Positions 61,153-64,000 of a DNA stretch of 64,000 nucleotides are shown here, in pieces. The DNA comes from Novosphingobium sp. (GTDB lineage Bacteria; Pseudomonadota; Alphaproteobacteria; Sphingomonadales; Sphingomonadaceae), in assembly GCA_027311705.1 (NCBI GenBank), contig DAICYJ010000133.1:2217-66216 (forward strand), read 5' to 3'. The number at the start of each line of letters is the position of its first letter. The stretch's first letter is position 1. Below the pieces are notes generated by a model. It ran no database searches. It was not told the origin of the DNA and saw only the letters and a program-made list of their open reading frames with translations. Both the position numbers and the translations under genes were made by a program.

Positions 61153-61449
61153 ATGTTCGCAATCGTGCGCACGGGCGGCAAGCAATATCGGGTCGCCCCC
61201 GGAGACAAGATCGCAGTCGAGAAGCTGGCGGGTGAAGCCGGCGACACGATCACGCTGGGTGATGTTCTCATCGCCGGGCAGGATGGCGAACTGGCCGACG
61301 CCGCCAGCATCACGGTTTCGGCCGAGATCATCGCGCAGGCGAAGTCCGAAAAGGTCGTGGTGTTCAAGAAGCGCCGCCGCCACAATTATCGTCGCAAGAA
61401 CGGCCACCGCCAGCAGATGACTCTGCTGCGCATCGTGTCGGTCGCCTGA
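61153..61449 (+). CDS. rplU: 50S ribosomal protein L21
   Basis: [18 protein letters not shown]. Confidence 0.98.
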   Translation: MFAIVRTGGKQYRVAPGDKIAVEKLAGEAGDTITLGDVLIAGQDGELADAASITVSAEIIAQAKSEKVVVFKKRRRHNYRRKNGHRQQMTLLRIVSVA

Positions 61450-61472
61450 GCGAACAGCCGGAGTAGTCTGAT

Positions 61473-61742
61473 ATGGCACATAAGAAAGCAGGCGGCTCGT
61501 CGCGCAACGGTCGCGACTCGCAGTCCAAGCGCCTCGGCGTGAAGAAGTTCGGCAGCCAGGAAGTTATTGGCGGCAACATCATCATCCGCCAGCGCGGTAC
61601 GCGCGTATATCCCGGCGCCAACGTCGGTATGGGCAAGGATCACACGCTGTATTCGCTCGTCGAAGGCCGCGTGCGTTTCCACGGTGGCAAGCTCAACCGC
61701 AAGTATGTTTCGGTCGACGTGATGGCCGAAGCCGCCGAATAA
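61473..61742 (+). CDS. rpmA: 50S ribosomal protein L27
   Basis: [16 protein letters not shown]. Confidence 0.98.
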   Translation: MAHKKAGGSSRNGRDSQSKRLGVKKFGSQEVIGGNIIIRQRGTRVYPGANVGMGKDHTLYSLVEGRVRFHGGKLNRKYVSVDVMAEAAE

Positions 61743-61809
61743 CGGATGGTCTTTGATAAAGGGCCATCCGGACTGGATGGCCCCCGCCGGACTTAGGTTC
61801 GGACGAACG

Positions 61810-61841
61810 AGGGAGAGGGGCCAACCCGTCTCCCTTTTTTT
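61810..61841 (+). terminator. intrinsic terminator after rpmA
   Basis: AGGGAGA-GGG...CCC-G-TCTCCCT stem followed by a T run. Confidence 0.75.
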
Positions 61842-61972
61842 GTTTTCCCTCGCCCGATGCCCGCCAAATGCACTGATCATCTCGAATTCAGAGACATCTG
61901 GCGCGCTCCGAAATATGCTTGTCACTACCGGAAGTTAAGCGCCGGCGGTGACAGGGGCTCGAGGAGAGACAC

Positions 61973-62548
61973 ATGTTCATTCGCAGCGAACGCCTGTTCC
62001 TGAGGCCGGGTTGGCCAGAGGACTGGGCCGAACTTCTGGCTTTGATCGATGACGAAGCTGTTGTCCGCAATCTGTCGCGCGCTCCGTGGCCGTTCCGGCC
62101 CGATGATGCCCGCGCACTGGCCAGCCGGGCCACGCCCGGCCGCTTTCCCGATTTCATCATAACGCTGCCAGGGGCCCACGGCACCAGGCTGATCGGCATG
62201 GTCGGCATGGTGGACCATCAGGGTGAGGCAGAGCTGGGCTTCTGGATCGCGCAGCAGCACTGGAACCGGGGCTACGCCACCGAAAGCCTGCGCGCTGCGC
62301 TGGCGGTCGCCCGCACGCTGGGCCACGCCCGCGTCACCTGCTGCCACTTCGTCGACAATCCAGCTTGTGGCCGCGTGCTGGCCAAGCTGGGTTTTGCCCC
62401 CACGGGCGACGTCCGTCTGCGGTTCTGCGCAGCGCGCGGCGGCCTTGAGCCGACCGTCGTGTATGCGCTCGAACTGGCGCAAGCGGGCAACTGCGATTCC
62501 GGCGATGATGGCAACGGCAGCGGCGGCAAGGTGATGCGCGCGGCCTGA
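61973..62548 (+). CDS. GNAT N-acetyltransferase (RimJ/RimL)
   Basis: SERLFLR, ELGFW...WNRGYATE, DNPA..RVLAKLGF. Confidence 0.88.
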   Translation: MFIRSERLFLRPGWPEDWAELLALIDDEAVVRNLSRAPWPFRPDDARALASRATPGRFPDFIITLPGAHGTRLIGMVGMVDHQGEAELGFWIAQQHWNRGYATESLRAALAVARTLGHARVTCCHFVDNPACGRVLAKLGFAPTGDVRLRFCAARGGLEPTVVYALELAQAGNCDSGDDGNGSGGKVMRAA

Positions 62549-62630
62549 TCGGCACGCCACTTGCCCGCTGGCGGCCCGCGCCCTACAGTTTGCGGATAGC
62601 AGCGTTTTTCGCGCCATCCAGGGTTCTGCC

Positions 62631-63212
62631 ATGTCATTGAGAAAGCGCCTGACGCCCGTGGAAAGCCGCATTGCGGCACTGGAAGCTGCACGGGCGCTGC
62701 TGATCGAGACCGGGCCGCAAGGCGTCACGCTGAAGGCCGTGGCCGGCCGCATTGGGCGTACCCATGCCAACCTGCTGCACCATTTCGGATCGGCTTCAGG
62801 TCTGCAAAAAGAACTGGCGCGCCACCTCGCCGAAACGATCTGTGCCTCAATCGGCGAGGCGGTGATCGCCAGCCGCTCGGGCTTCGGATCGCCGCGCGAT
62901 GTGGTTGATCTCACGTTCGACGCCTTCGACCGCGAAGGCGCGGGCGCGCTGGCATCATGGATGCTGCTTTCAGGCAACGAAGATGCGCTCGATCCGATTG
63001 TCGACGCCATCCACGATCTCGTCGTCGATCTGGGCGATTACGGTTCCGACACGCAACGCGGCACCACCTTGACGCTCACCCTCATGGCGCTCGGTGATGC
63101 TTTGATGGGTGGCCCGCTGTCGCTGGCGCTCGAATTGCCGCGCACTGCCGCGCGCGATCGTGCCGAAGCGATGCTGGTCGAGGGTTTGCAGAAATCGCGG
63201 GTCGATCAGTAG
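62631..63212 (+). CDS. TetR family regulator
   Basis: VTLKAVAGRIGRTHANLLHHFGS HTH. Confidence 0.88.
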   Translation: MSLRKRLTPVESRIAALEAARALLIETGPQGVTLKAVAGRIGRTHANLLHHFGSASGLQKELARHLAETICASIGEAVIASRSGFGSPRDVVDLTFDAFDREGAGALASWMLLSGNEDALDPIVDAIHDLVVDLGDYGSDTQRGTTLTLTLMALGDALMGGPLSLALELPRTAARDRAEAMLVEGLQKSRVDQ

Positions 63213-63215
63213 GCG

Positions 63216-63950
63216 TCAGTCGGTCAGTGCCATCCAAGCCGGCACAAGCTCAGCCGGGATGTTTTCCACTCGAAGGTGATCCACCGCCAGCCCCAGATCG
63301 GGATAGGCCACGCGCTGCCGCGCCGGATCCGATCGATCCAGCGGCACCACCATCAGCCGGCGATTGACCTTTTGTCGCCAGTTCATCCGCGCGGTGTTTT
63401 CCTGCCCGACGTAACAGCCCTTGGTAAAGCTGACGCCGTTCAGTTCCACCGCATTGGCTTCCAGCCACAACGTCGCGTCGCTACCGAGTTCCGTTACGCC
63501 CTCGGTTATGCCCAGTTTCAGCCGGTGCGCGCGCCATGCGTCATCAACGGCAAGGTCGTTATCGCTGACCGAACCGACCCACCGCTGGCCCAAGGCCGAC
63601 AACCGCGGATCGCGTGCGCCGCCATCGCCGGGATGATCTTCCCAGAACACACCAAGCGATGGAATCCTCTCGATCGTGATCTTGCGGCGCAGGCGATACA
63701 TCGACAGCCGCCGGACCAGCGCATCGGCGCTCGCGGCCTCACAATCGATCAGCAGCCCAGTTGCTCCATCGGGCCAGACGATGAAATCGAACAGGGCTTT
63801 GCCTTGTGCCGACAGCAGCCCCGCCCACACCGGCAGCGGACCCTTCACATCGTTCGTCACCAACCCCTGCAGGAACGTGGGCACATCCTCGTCCGGGTGG
63901 TCGGAGGAAAGGCGAATCAGCGCGCGATGGAACAGTCGGGGTGCGGTCAT
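63216..63950 (-). CDS. ygfZ: folate-binding YgfZ/GcvT family protein
   Basis: FLQGLVTND, KGCYVGQE. Confidence 0.92.
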   Translation of the reverse strand: MTAPRLFHRALIRLSSDHPDEDVPTFLQGLVTNDVKGPLPVWAGLLSAQGKALFDFIVWPDGATGLLIDCEAASADALVRRLSMYRLRRKITIERIPSLGVFWEDHPGDGGARDPRLSALGQRWVGSVSDNDLAVDDAWRAHRLKLGITEGVTELGSDATLWLEANAVELNGVSFTKGCYVGQENTARMNWRQKVNRRLMVVPLDRSDPARQRVAYPDLGLAVDHLRVENIPAELVPAWMALTD

Positions 63951-64000
63951 GTGCCGTTAGGTGGCGTTCGGGTGCGCTTATGCAACCCTCGGAACCGCAT

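Overview
High-GC alphaproteobacterial chromosome segment. Gene content and order suggest a sphingomonad, probably Novosphingobium-like (inference). From left to right: fatty-acid beta-oxidation genes; a small low-GC islet bounded by short repeats; a guanidine/urea carboxylase operon (ABC importer, NikR-like regulator, cgdAB, uca, atzF); a TonB receptor-desaturase-sulfotransferase trio; a probable EcfG general-stress block (hybrid kinase, FdhF/YdeP, paoABC-like genes, catalase-like gene); a TetR-linked oxidoreductase cluster with a Dabb-PASTA fusion; tRNA-Val; then mostly core genes (argH, lysA, lepB, acpS, pdxJ, pyrE, cytochrome c oxidase operon, thrC, folB/moa, rplU-rpmA). Best candidate for an undescribed system: a 49-aa ORF missed by the ORF track (40347-40496, C-terminal VYSY), followed by two paralogous cupin + HEAT-repeat proteins, one with an intact HxH...H metal site and one degenerate. 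This looks like a RiPP-like precursor/modifier module. Second: the guanidine operon has no obvious riboswitch; instead it has a NikR paralogue lacking the nickel ligands and two TATTAC-N14-GTAATA palindromes. All family calls were made by eye from motifs; no database searches were run.
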